From the NCBI GenBank assembly GCA_951813565.1, contig OX638351.1, forward strand, positions 2,848,001-2,912,000: a DNA stretch of 64,000 bases, in the 5' to 3' direction. A model generated the notes under the pieces. That model was not told where the DNA came from, made no database searches, and was given only the letters and a program-made list of their open reading frames with translations. Origin of the DNA: an uncultured Poribacteria bacterium. Its GTDB lineage: Bacteria; Poribacteria; WGA-4E; WGA-3G. Of the stretch, positions 51,859-62,600 are shown in pieces. The stretch's first letter is position 1. The number at the start of each line of letters is the position of its first letter. The translations under genes and the position numbers were made by a program.

Positions 51859-52485
51859 CTATTTCAATCTAACTTTCGGGTCGTCTTCATAGGCGGAATC
51901 TATTTGAACCAGACGTTCTAAAGTTACAGAAAACAATTCAAATAGTGACTTAAGCAATACTGTCTCTTTGATAACACCGACACATTGAAAACTCAACTCA
52001 TCAACGCCTTCGGGAAAATCAGTACCAAACCAACCTTCATCATCTTTTATCGTGAAGTGGATTCTCGGTTGTTTTTGGCACAACTCCTTTATCTTAGCAT
52101 CAGCGAGCAGCATATTGATTTTCTCAGGATTATTGCCTTTGATTACAAACTGGTCATCAAAAAAACGGTCACCTATCTCTATATCCTGCATACCAAAGAA
52201 TTTGCCAATTGAACTGAAAAAGCCTTGGCGATAGATTTTGAAATAAAGACTGTCTTTGTTAATGAAAGGTGCACGCATTCGGGTATATGTTGTTGATGTC
52301 GTTGTTGTTCCGGTAGAAGTTGTAACTGTGTAAGTATCAAGCAAAATTTGCCACTCACCGTGTTTGTAGAGGAGAACATCTTTGCCCCAAAAACCACCGT
52401 CAACATATTCACCGCCGATATCTGTTGCAATTTGTGACCAAATTTCGTCTTTGGAAGGACCGAAAATAGATTTGCGTTTTTTCAT
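51859..52485 (-). CDS. Hypothetical protein (DUF3137-like)
   Basis: GMQDIEIGD..FD..F-x-IKG pattern; GGAGG RBS. Confidence 0.6.
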   Translation of the reverse strand: MKKRKSIFGPSKDEIWSQIATDIGGEYVDGGFWGKDVLLYKHGEWQILLDTYTVTTSTGTTTTSTTYTRMRAPFINKDSLYFKIYRQGFFSSIGKFFGMQDIEIGDRFFDDQFVIKGNNPEKINMLLADAKIKELCQKQPRIHFTIKDDEGWFGTDFPEGVDELSFQCVGVIKETVLLKSLFELFSVTLERLVQIDSAYEDDPKVRLK

Positions 52486-52504
52486 TTTTGCCTCCATATA
52501 AACG

Positions 52505-52759
52505 CTAAGAATTCTCTCTTTGGGAGTAGGTTTCCCATAATTCCTTTGGATTGTCAACTGTGAAATCAACGTTTCCACATTCTCCACAAACATTTGCTCT
52601 CAAAAGCTCCCTGTGACTCCCTTTGAAAACCAACGCATCAGGTTTTCTATCAATTTCAATTGCCAAATAATCATCATGCATTGTCTCAACACGATCAACA
52701 ACTGTCAAATTGGGCATGATATTCTCAGAATCGCACCGTGGACATTTCAGTGCAGCCAT
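52505..52759 (-). CDS. Small Zn-ribbon protein
   Basis: CPRC..CGECG; GGAG RBS. Confidence 0.65.
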   Translation of the reverse strand: MAALKCPRCDSENIMPNLTVVDRVETMHDDYLAIEIDRKPDALVFKGSHRELLRANVCGECGNVDFTVDNPKELWETYSQRENS

Positions 52760-52806
52760 GTGGTTGTCTCCTTGTCTCAATATTTGATTAACAGCATTTT
52801 TTGCAT

Positions 52807-53946
52807 TCAATTGATTGCATTGCTGGATGCGTCCTTTTTCCATCTTTCCAGCGGATGCTCGCGTGGTGTTAAGGGCATGGACACCCGACCCTTTTGCCGA
52901 TGCGATTCCCACGTTGCATGAATCATTTCAAGACAATCGCGACCGTCTCTACCACTTGCGAACGGTTCTCGGTCTTCTTCAATCGCTTCCATGAGATCGC
53001 GCAGCATGAGACGTTGCAAAAACAACCTTCTGGAACCTTGGTCCCGTTGATTCCCTTTCTCATCAATGTCTTCATCAGGCAGATGCACCGGTTCCCACGC
53101 TTGTGCGGGTGTTTGATGTTGTCCTCTATAGATGAACATTGTTGTGCCAACGCTCTCTCGGATAGCGATACGTCCTTCAGTGCCGATAATATCTATGCCG
53201 TAGGCGTTATCATTGGTTTGGGGTTGCGCAAGGAATTGCACATCTGCATGGATACCGTTCTTAAACCGAAAGGAGACATGACCACGTTCACCCAGCACCA
53301 GTCCAGAATCGCGGTCGTGAGGGTGTACTTCTTGTGTATGTTTGATGTCATCAAAGACTGATTCGCGTCCATCCATCTGCACGAGATGTGCGTGTGTCCA
53401 TTCCACATCACCACCAAAAAGTCGCACCCAATCGTAAAGATGTGTTCCCATTTCCATCAGTGAGTTGCCTGCTTTACGTCCGCCTTTGTCGGTTGCCTTC
53501 ATCAAGACAACATCCCCAATTTCCCCTTTTTCAATCAAGGAAAGGACATAACGATTGTAGAGACTAGCGCGTTTGATATGGTTAATGGCAAACTTGACGT
53601 GATACTTGTCGCAGGTTTCGACCATTTCATCGGCTTGAATGAGGTTGAGCGCAATCGGTTTTTCACAGAAGACATGGATACCGCGTTTTGCTGCTGCAAT
53701 CGTTGGAGGGTAGTGCATCGGTGCTTGTGTTGGCACAATAACGATATCCGGTTTTTGTTCATCAAGCATCTTTTCATAATCATCATAGATGGCTTTGACA
53801 CCGAATCGTTCACCCCATGCTTTCGCTCGTTCTGGGTTGATTTCTGCGCCTGCCACAAGTTCACAGTTTGTCTCTAACGCTGCTGCCTGGGCATGATGAC
53901 CCCCCATACCTCCCAAGCCAATAATCGCAATACGGTATTTTTTCAT
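52807..53946 (-). CDS. Gfo/Idh/MocA oxidoreductase
   Basis: IIGLGGMG, HVFCEKP, MEMGTHLYD. Confidence 0.92.
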   Translation of the reverse strand: MKKYRIAIIGLGGMGGHHAQAAALETNCELVAGAEINPERAKAWGERFGVKAIYDDYEKMLDEQKPDIVIVPTQAPMHYPPTIAAAKRGIHVFCEKPIALNLIQADEMVETCDKYHVKFAINHIKRASLYNRYVLSLIEKGEIGDVVLMKATDKGGRKAGNSLMEMGTHLYDWVRLFGGDVEWTHAHLVQMDGRESVFDDIKHTQEVHPHDRDSGLVLGERGHVSFRFKNGIHADVQFLAQPQTNDNAYGIDIIGTEGRIAIRESVGTTMFIYRGQHQTPAQAWEPVHLPDEDIDEKGNQRDQGSRRLFLQRLMLRDLMEAIEEDREPFASGRDGRDCLEMIHATWESHRQKGRVSMPLTPREHPLERWKKDASSNAIN

Positions 53947-54075
53947 GCATGTCTCCGAAGTTGACAAAAAATCCTCGTTTGCGATTATCATATCAACATC
54001 AGAACGATAGTGCAATAAAAAACGGTACGGTTGTAGCACCGTACCGAATTAATATCGTAGCATGGATTTGTAAAA

Positions 54076-55086
54076 TTACCGGCTTTTCACATTTGCCCAA
54101 GTTGTTGTCAACTTATTTGTATCTGGGGTAACATCGTAAACGCCTTCGGTATCTAAAGCGATGCTAGACACCCCTTTCAATTCCGTCAGAATATCTGTAA
54201 CATTTGTTCCATCAAGGTTTGCCCGTTGAATTTTACCCGTATGTATTATTTTCCCATTCTGCTTTTGTGTATCCCTTTCTACCCAGTACATTTTCTGTGA
54301 ACGGAGGTCTAATGCAATATTATTTGGAAAACTCAACTCTTCTAATAGGGTTTCAGTATTATCGCCATCAAATGATGTCCTTCTAATCTGGTTTAAGGAG
54401 ATGTGGGTCCAATACACCTTGCGGTTGTGTAGGTCAAGCGCAAGCCCGACGTGATGAATTATACTAATACCAAGTTTTTCGTAATTAGAACCGTCAAAGT
54501 TCACACGGGCGATATTATCATTTAAAGAGTCTACAAAATACATCTTACCCTCCTTCACATCAAGTCGGATATTCTCGGCATCAACTCTTGGTCCAAATAC
54601 GGCGCCCTCCACAGGCTTAATTATAATGTCCTCAATATTGGAACCGTCATTATCTGCCCGCGAAATTCCCCATGGTGCTATCCAATTACCCCAATATATT
54701 TTACTTGCATTGGTGTCTATGGCGATGCAGACGGGAGAATGTAGGCGTTTTTTCTGTTCTGCAATCTGTGCTTCGCGATTGAAAATCACTTCAATATTTG
54801 ACCCATCAAGGTTTGCACGGTATATTTTTGAGTGGTCAAAGTTATAGGTAACCCAGTCCATCTTACGGTTGCGTATGTCCAAGGCAATATCTCTCGGCGA
54901 CTCCAATTCTGTTAAGATGTCTTCCACATTGGACCCATCGAGGTTTGCCCGTCTGATTTTATCTGATTCTGTCCAATATATCTTGGCACTTCCTTGCCCG
55001 TAACTTAGACCATGGACAACAGTAGTCAGCAAAATCGTAACCAAAATAAATACAATCCATTTTTGCGCTAAAACCCGATTTTTCAT
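54076..55086 (-). CDS. Secreted LDL-receptor class B (YWTD) beta-propeller
   Basis: Repeated KIYW..I-x-RANLDG; tail KLTTTWANVK. Confidence 0.88.
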   Translation of the reverse strand: MKNRVLAQKWIVFILVTILLTTVVHGLSYGQGSAKIYWTESDKIRRANLDGSNVEDILTELESPRDIALDIRNRKMDWVTYNFDHSKIYRANLDGSNIEVIFNREAQIAEQKKRLHSPVCIAIDTNASKIYWGNWIAPWGISRADNDGSNIEDIIIKPVEGAVFGPRVDAENIRLDVKEGKMYFVDSLNDNIARVNFDGSNYEKLGISIIHHVGLALDLHNRKVYWTHISLNQIRRTSFDGDNTETLLEELSFPNNIALDLRSQKMYWVERDTQKQNGKIIHTGKIQRANLDGTNVTDILTELKGVSSIALDTEGVYDVTPDTNKLTTTWANVKSR

Positions 55087-56178
55087 GTCAGTACTTCTGC
55101 TTTGTAAACACTACTGGCTTTTCATATTTGCCCAAGTCGTTGTCAACTTATCTGTATCAGGAGTAACATCGTAAACTCCCTCGGTGTCCAAAGCGATACC
55201 GCGAACAGTGTTTAATCCTGAAAAAATAGTTGTAACATTTGTTCCATCAAGGTTTGCACGCTGGATTTTACTCTTAATTGTTTTCCAATTCGTTTCTACC
55301 CAGTACATTTTCTGTGAACGGAGGTCTAATGCAATATCGGTTGGTCTGTTTAATTCGGTCAAAAGGGTTTCAACATTGTTACCATTAAGAAAGGACCGTT
55401 CAATTCTGTCAAGGAAGGGATCAGTCCAATATACGTGGCGATTGCGTAGGTCAAGTGCGAGTCCAAGTGGAGCAGGTGTAGTACCGAGTTCTTCATAATT
55501 AGATCCGTCAAGGTTTGCGCGCCCGATATTATCATTAAACGAATCTGCCCAATACATTTTCCCTGATTTCAGGTCAAGTTCAATGCTCTCAGCATCAACT
55601 ATTCGTCCAAATATAGCACCAGCACCATCCAAAGGTTTGATTTTTATATCTTCAATATTGGATCCGTCATTATCTGCCCGCGAAATTCCCCATAGCCCAC
55701 GCCAATTACCCCAATATATTTTACTTGCCTTGGTGTCTATAGCGATGCAGCCGGGAGAATGTAAATGTTTATTTTGTTTTACATTCTGTTCTTCCCGATT
55801 GAAAATTACTTCCATATTTGATCCATCAAGGTTTGCACGGGATATTTTGGGGGTGTCAGAGAAAGTTTTTACCCAATACATCTTTCGGTTATGCAGGTCC
55901 AAGGCAATATCTCTCGGCGACTCCAATTCTGTTAAGATGTCTTCCACATTGGACCCATCGAGGTTTGCCCGCCTGATTTTATCTGATTCTGTCCAATATA
56001 TCTTGGCACTTCCTTGCCCGTAACTTAGACCATGGACAACAGTAGTCAGCAAAATCGTAACCAAAATAAATACAATCCATTTTTGCGCTAAAACCCGATT
56101 TTTCATGTCAGTACTTCTGCTTTGTAAACACTACTGGCTTTTCATATTTGCCCAAGTCGTTGTCAACTTATCTGTATC
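54877..56178. repeat. 282-bp direct repeat (54877-55158 and 55897-56178)
   Basis: One mismatch seen; period 1020 bp; spans the gene junctions. Confidence 0.9.
55111..56106 (-). CDS. Secreted YWTD beta-propeller
   Basis: YWTD/YWAD repeats; tail KLTTTWANMK. Confidence 0.88.
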   Translation of the reverse strand: MKNRVLAQKWIVFILVTILLTTVVHGLSYGQGSAKIYWTESDKIRRANLDGSNVEDILTELESPRDIALDLHNRKMYWVKTFSDTPKISRANLDGSNMEVIFNREEQNVKQNKHLHSPGCIAIDTKASKIYWGNWRGLWGISRADNDGSNIEDIKIKPLDGAGAIFGRIVDAESIELDLKSGKMYWADSFNDNIGRANLDGSNYEELGTTPAPLGLALDLRNRHVYWTDPFLDRIERSFLNGNNVETLLTELNRPTDIALDLRSQKMYWVETNWKTIKSKIQRANLDGTNVTTIFSGLNTVRGIALDTEGVYDVTPDTDKLTTTWANMKSQ

Positions 56179-57222
56179 GGAAGAAACATCGTAAAATCCG
56201 TTAGGGTCCAAAGCGATATCCGATGGATAATCCAATCCCGTAAGAATATCTCGGACATTGGAACCATCAAGGTTTGCACGTTGCATCTTGCCTATATCTG
56301 TATCCAAATCTATATCTATCCAGTACATCTTACGTGCTCGTATATCTAAGACAATGTCGGATGGAAAACGTAATCCTGTGACGAGTTCTTCAACCTTATT
56401 ACCATTAAGAAATGCGCGCTGAATTTTCCCTGTAACAGTGTTTGTCCAGTACATCTGACGCGCGCTCATGTCCAATGCTAAACCGTATGCTGTACGCATA
56501 TCCGTAACAAGGTCCTCAGCGTCAGAACCGTCAAAGTTTGCACGTTGGATTTTACGACCGTATGCGTCAGTCCAGTAAATTTTACCTGCTTCTAAATCCA
56601 ATTCAATACTCAGGGGCTGAAGCCACTGTTTAAACTTAATTTCAAAAGGCAAAATCCGTTCTTTAATAATAATATCTTCAATATCAGATCCGTCAAAGTT
56701 CGCACGCTGAAATATATCTAAGTGTCCGTTTCCCCAATATATTTTGTTTGCATCGGAATCTATGGCAATGCAGTTTGGGTCAATTAACTGTTCGTGCGTT
56801 AGATTAATCGGGGCTCCATCTTTTGGGGTCGCCGTGCCCTCACATTTCCAATTGCGGCATCGAATACTCATCCCTCCTCCTCCAGGTGGTAGATCATATC
56901 CTGTGACGATGTTTTCGACATTCGAACCATCAAGGTTCGAACGTTGGATTTTAGCTGTGTAGTTTTCCGACCAATATATCTTACGGTTGCGTAAATCCAA
57001 AGCAAAATCTACTATCGGTGGTATATCCGTTAAAACGTTCTCAGCGGAGGACCCGTTAAGGTTAGCACGTCTAATTTTACCCTTTTTGGTGTCTGAATCA
57101 AATTCTGTCCAGTATATCTTTCCTCTTCCCTGTCCGTAACTGGGACTTTGGACAGTAGATATGAGCAAAAACACTACCAAAATAAATGCAATTCGCTTTA
57201 GTGTTGAGATCAGATTATTCAT
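56131..57222 (-). CDS. Secreted YWTD beta-propeller
   Basis: YWTE/YWTD repeats; start MNNLIS inferred from the RBS and signal peptide. Confidence 0.88.
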   Translation of the reverse strand: MNNLISTLKRIAFILVVFLLISTVQSPSYGQGRGKIYWTEFDSDTKKGKIRRANLNGSSAENVLTDIPPIVDFALDLRNRKIYWSENYTAKIQRSNLDGSNVENIVTGYDLPPGGGGMSIRCRNWKCEGTATPKDGAPINLTHEQLIDPNCIAIDSDANKIYWGNGHLDIFQRANFDGSDIEDIIIKERILPFEIKFKQWLQPLSIELDLEAGKIYWTDAYGRKIQRANFDGSDAEDLVTDMRTAYGLALDMSARQMYWTNTVTGKIQRAFLNGNKVEELVTGLRFPSDIVLDIRARKMYWIDIDLDTDIGKMQRANLDGSNVRDILTGLDYPSDIALDPNGFYDVSSDTDKLTTTWANMKSQ

Positions 57223-57268
57223 ATCATTGACTCCTAATATGTGAGAGTTTGCAACTTCGTCAACCTTC

Positions 57269-59551
57269 TCATTTCCTGATAAGCATTTTGCGTGTGGCAG
57301 AGAAGTCGCCAGCATTGATAGTATAGAGATAAATGCCACTACTGACCGCCTCGCCCTCATCATTGTGTCCATCCCAGTGCACTGCTTGCGCTTGTGAGGA
57401 ATAATCCCCGGCTGACATGATTCCCGGTGAAAGAGATCGCACCAACTTGCCGGTTGGGGTATAGATACGAATTGTTACATCACTCTTGTCCGCAAGTTTG
57501 AATGGAATCCATGTTTCTGGGTTGAATGGGTTAGGGAAGTTCTGTAGCAGTTGGTTTTTCTTTATCTGTCCGAGTGTGACATATTTTTTGCCTTTAGGTT
57601 CAACAGGATAGGGTAGAAAAGAAAGCAGTTCTTTTATATCCCAAACCATGTATTGACCACTCCTATCAGGCGATAACAGAACAGAACCATCTTTACTGAG
57701 AACAGATATTCCTGGAAAAGGTGTATGTTTGACAGGCCTGTTTCTTTGCCAGTCCCAGATTTGGAAGTTATTGTCTTGATTTGCAAAGAGATAACGACCA
57801 TCTGGGCTAAATTGCACCGGGTCATCTCCATCAAACGCAGTTAAATGTTGTAACCCATTTAACAGAACTTTCCAAATGTGGATTTCTCTACCTCCGTAAG
57901 CTGCTAACACTATTGAACCATCTCCTCCTATAGAAAAGGCAGGTGATGAATAAATTCTTGGAACTTGTGATACATATTGAAGGATAAATGTCTCGTGTTC
58001 GCGTTTCCAAAGTGCAATCCAGTATTTATATGTATTGTTTTTCCCAGTGCGACAGGAAGCTGCCAAATATTTATCATTTTCACTGAAGGCAATATCTTGA
58101 AAGTCGGGTGAATCATTTTCAATTTTTGTGTTGACTTTCTGGATTTTATCGGGATTATTTGTGTCTAAAAACAACAGATCATTCCAATCATTCACCACTG
58201 CGAGCCATTTTCCAGAGGGGCTAAAGGCGATTTCCAGAGCACCTGAAACGTAATGCGGAAATTGAATTTTCACTCTACCGCTCTGAATGTCGCGTAGCTC
58301 AACCCATGGATCCTTGCCAACAGCGAATGTTTTATTATCTGGAGAGATCGCTAAACCATCAAATGCATAGCCTTCGGAGGGAACAAGTGCTTGCATTTGC
58401 TGTGAAGTTACATCCCATGTCTTAATGAATGACCATGATACTGTAACTAAGGATTTTCCATCAGGACTCAATGCAACATCATAAATGAACCGGTTTCTGA
58501 CATAGTCTGCCCACACATCGTGCTCTCGATTATTAGCGATATCCCACACTACATCACCATCCCAATATTCTAAGATTGCTGTTTTCTCATTTGGAGAAAG
58601 TATAATTGATTCTAAAAAACGAAAATCAGTGCTGAAAGTATCTGTTTTTTCTCCAGACATAACATCCCAGACGCGCACTTTGTCATCCCAACCAGTATAG
58701 GGAGTAGCCCCAGACCGATGCAATCCAGCTGTACTTGTGCCAACATACAGGCGTTGACTATCTGGACTGAATACCACATTTGAAATCCTACCAATACCAC
58801 TTGTCCGATGCCATAACTTTTGGCGTGTTTCAACATCCCATAGATGTACTAAGGTTGAATCGTATTCAAATGCTGCTACCATCTTACCATTAGGACTGAG
58901 AGCCATATCTTCAATCCTGTCAAGATTCTGTTCAGCAAAATTTCCTTGTAAGATCTGCGTTTCGACATTCCACAACTCAAGATTATGCTGTGAGGCAACG
59001 ATAAGATGTTCGTCATCAGGAGTAAAAACCATAGAACGAAGAGATGGAAAATTCTCACGTGGCAGTTTTCCAACAGATTCTCCAGTTTTCCAATTCCAAA
59101 AATGTATCCCACTTGGTAAATAGGTCGCTAATATAGGCTGTGTAGGACTAAATGCTGCGTCATTATCATCAATAATTGATGCTATCTTCCATTGCGAAAT
59201 AAGTTGTTGGTGATTGACATCCCAGATATTCACGATGGTCATTTTCGGATCAAAGGAGTGATTCAGAATAGCTAAATGATCAGTATTTGGACTGATTACT
59301 ACATCACTGTAAACTGTTCTTTCACCAAATTCTTCCATTACCTCATTTGTAGTGAAATCAACAATCTGAATGTGTGTAGGAACAACGCGTAAGATCGTTT
59401 CATTGTTCAGAAGCGCATGTTTTTCAGGCAGCGGCTGCCCAATCGTAGCAATAGGTTCAATCGCAAATGCAATATGTGGTATGCAGAAAATGCAAATTAG
59501 TGCGATATGAATCTTCGGGCTTTGTCTAAAATGGGTGGTAAGTGATTTCAT
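57269..59551 (-). CDS. WD40-repeat protein with C-terminal FlgD-Ig/T9SS-A-like domain
   Basis: FSPDG/WD repeats; LLQNFPNPFNPETWIPF..WDG-x-N..GE-x-VSSG-x-Y..TRKM. Confidence 0.88.
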   Translation of the reverse strand: MKSLTTHFRQSPKIHIALICIFCIPHIAFAIEPIATIGQPLPEKHALLNNETILRVVPTHIQIVDFTTNEVMEEFGERTVYSDVVISPNTDHLAILNHSFDPKMTIVNIWDVNHQQLISQWKIASIIDDNDAAFSPTQPILATYLPSGIHFWNWKTGESVGKLPRENFPSLRSMVFTPDDEHLIVASQHNLELWNVETQILQGNFAEQNLDRIEDMALSPNGKMVAAFEYDSTLVHLWDVETRQKLWHRTSGIGRISNVVFSPDSQRLYVGTSTAGLHRSGATPYTGWDDKVRVWDVMSGEKTDTFSTDFRFLESIILSPNEKTAILEYWDGDVVWDIANNREHDVWADYVRNRFIYDVALSPDGKSLVTVSWSFIKTWDVTSQQMQALVPSEGYAFDGLAISPDNKTFAVGKDPWVELRDIQSGRVKIQFPHYVSGALEIAFSPSGKWLAVVNDWNDLLFLDTNNPDKIQKVNTKIENDSPDFQDIAFSENDKYLAASCRTGKNNTYKYWIALWKREHETFILQYVSQVPRIYSSPAFSIGGDGSIVLAAYGGREIHIWKVLLNGLQHLTAFDGDDPVQFSPDGRYLFANQDNNFQIWDWQRNRPVKHTPFPGISVLSKDGSVLLSPDRSGQYMVWDIKELLSFLPYPVEPKGKKYVTLGQIKKNQLLQNFPNPFNPETWIPFKLADKSDVTIRIYTPTGKLVRSLSPGIMSAGDYSSQAQAVHWDGHNDEGEAVSSGIYLYTINAGDFSATRKMLIRK

Positions 59552-59647
59552 GACAAGTCTCCTATTTCTTATAGATGAACATTTTCACTGTCCAAAGATC
59601 GTTTACATTGAAAATTCACTGAATTATATTATTCTCATGGTTGACAT

Positions 59648-62600
59648 TTAGAAACCTATCATCGCTCGCACATACGTTATATTACTAATCGTATTCTGGA
59701 ATAAGTGAGTGGTTCTACGGTGACCCGCGAGAATGACGATATAGAAGCCGCGCCACTCACCTTGATTGATAGCTTGAATTTCCAAAATACGAGTTCGCAA
59801 GTCAGGACGGTATAGGATTGGAACGCTGACGTCAGATGAGAAATTTCGCAAGTAGTTCTTGAAGTTATTATCCCGGTTCGTAAACTTCCTATATTGGAAT
59901 CCTCCAAGGATATTTACGCTCGGGGCAAACTGGTAATCAAGCCGGACACCGAGTATATCCTCTCGACTTCGACGATTGAATCGCAAATATTCAAACGGTT
60001 GGTCGTCGGTTGGGAGAAACAATACTGGGTTGAGCATTTTTGGAATTTCATCTGCCGTTCGGTCAAAAGCTCGGTCCCAGACATACTTAACCATAGGTGT
60101 TAGTGCGAAATCTTCAGCATATCTGTTAACAAATGGGAGATTCCCCAGTGGTATTTCGTAACTCGCCTTCAGAATGGTTAATTGATTACGAATGTTTCGT
60201 TCGGCGTAACGGCGTTTTTTCCAGTTTGCATCGTCATAGATTAAACCGGTGTCAGTTGGGTCATGCGCATTAATTCCATGATCAGGATAGAACGGATATT
60301 CTCGTCTTTGCCCGGAGGTCCGAACCTGTTCAATGGGCACCATAAAGTCAACGCGTTCATCAGGTTCAAAGTTCTGCGATGCCGGGTCGTATTCAACATC
60401 CGTGAAAAGTGCCCTTTCTTTATCCTGTTCAAACTGTTTTTGCATGACAACCAGACATTTAGCTTCGAGTGTCAAGTTTGGTACTGCAGTATAAAGCCAT
60501 TGGAGCGTTGTTGTATTTGAACGTGCGTTGTAGAAATCAAGTTCATCATTAATGTGAATCGGTTCCAATTCTCCAACAGGCAATATAATTGTGTAATCCG
60601 GAATATCGTCCTGCACACGGACAAATTGATTTTGGAAGAGAATGCTGCCAAAATCGGGAATGTCGCGCTTATAAGTGACATATATGTATTTGGAGTTATT
60701 CTTACGCCTGCTTGAAATTTCGCTTTCGTTTAACCAACCAACTTGGACAGACAAGTTAGCAAGCACGTCATATTCCGCTTTGAGGTGATACCCTTGACGG
60801 TCTATCCCATATTCGTATTGTGGTTCAAAATCATCTTCAATAGTATCAATAGTACCGTTATTATTCAGATCAAGAAGATTGTTAAAAACAGGTGGGTCAG
60901 CATAAAAAATAAGAAAATCTTCTTGAAAGTCTAATATCCCATTCTGATCTCGGTCATCAGCACGTGGAATAACCCCGTCAAAGTCGTCATCATCGGGCCA
61001 ATCATCGCCATCATCGTCATCTTCAATGAGTATGTAATTGAAAGCGTCCCATGGAACAAGTTCTTCAAGCATTTCGTCATCCAAAGCTCTATTGAATATG
61101 CCTTTTTCAAGTTTGAAAATTTCACCGCGGTCTGGTTGTGCACCGAAATTCATGTAGTTGGTTGTGTAGCCTGGATCAATATGATACAAAACACCTTCTA
61201 AGTGGAGTTTTTCAAAGCGTGACTCAAGTTGGACGAACCATGCTTTTTCTCTGCCAAGTTTTCCGTTGCCATCTTCATCTGTTCCGTCCCCGCCTAAAAA
61301 AACTTCAAATCGTTCGCCTTCGGTTTCCGAATAAGTCGGGATGCCATTTGTGTCTACAGGCAGTCCAGTCCTGCGATCAATAGAAACACCGGATAGTTCT
61401 TCACCATTGGGGGTTTTAACAGTGGTTTGGGTTCGACTAAATCCTACTTTATCTTTCGGGATTGTAGGATACTGTTTGTATTTACCGTTTATAGAGTATT
61501 GTACCCTGACGCGAACATTACCGATAGTCCCTTCAAGGTCAATTCCGTAGAGTGTTGCAGCACGTGCAGCACCATAACGGTATCGGACTTTCCGAGGTCT
61601 CCCTTCACCTTTCCATTCACTGGGGTTGTCTTTAAGTTTTTTCCTGTTTTGGATGTAATCTGGAGATTGCCCGTAATTCCCCGGCGCCTCAATTATGTCG
61701 CGATACGGCATCTGAATGTGGCCATCTTCAGTTTTAATCCACTCTTGTAATTCGGGATTTGACGATGCTTTATTTGCTTCACTGAAACCAATTACAGCAA
61801 TGTTGTAATCACCAGCAACAATCATGTCAAGGACGATAGATTTGACTGTTCTTGGGTCAATGTTAATCTTTTCATCAGTAAGAATAAGGTCAAATTTCAT
61901 TTTATTGAAACCTTCGACTATTTTCCACTTTCCGTCAACAGAATTACGTATCTCGGATGGACCTCCAGCGTGATCAATTGGGACAACTTGGTTGGCATAA
62001 ACTTCAAATTGGCGAGTCTGCTCAGGTAGCAGGGCAGGTTCAATGCCTTCTTCTATGTCTTGAGGGATTAATTCTTCAAGTTCTTGTGTAACGATGGTAA
62101 TCTTCATACTTTTAAAAGCTGCACCGACACCACCTTGGATATTATCGCTATGTACGTCAGGATCATAAGCCTCGAAATCAGTGAATGCACTCGTGTGATT
62201 GTCCTCAGGTGAGTCATCACGGAAAACAATAGAGATTGTTTCAGGCGGTGTATTGGGCACGGTCCCCATTAGCGAATTTATCAGGCGTTCCGGATGTTCT
62301 TTATGCAAATTTACATAAGTATATCCGACTCGGAAATTTTCACCTAAAAGCCCCTGACCGCGAAAGCCGATGAGTCGTGCGTTTTCAATGTTCCTGACGC
62401 CGCTAATTTGGTTCAACCCGTTTCGTCGTCCAAGTTCCAGTCCGAGTCTTTCATTTTGCGCAGGAGCATCTGTTATCCTAACAGGGTTAGAAATACGTGA
62501 GTGAATGAGCGTAAAGAGATGGTGCTCTTGGGCAAAAGAAATATCCCATCGAAGCCCATCAAACTCAGTTTTGTATATAATATATCGGTTTGGAAACAGG

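Noticed and set aside
54076..57222. Diversity-generating retroelement behind the paralog variation
   Set aside because: No reverse transcriptase in the window, and differences are not adenine-specific
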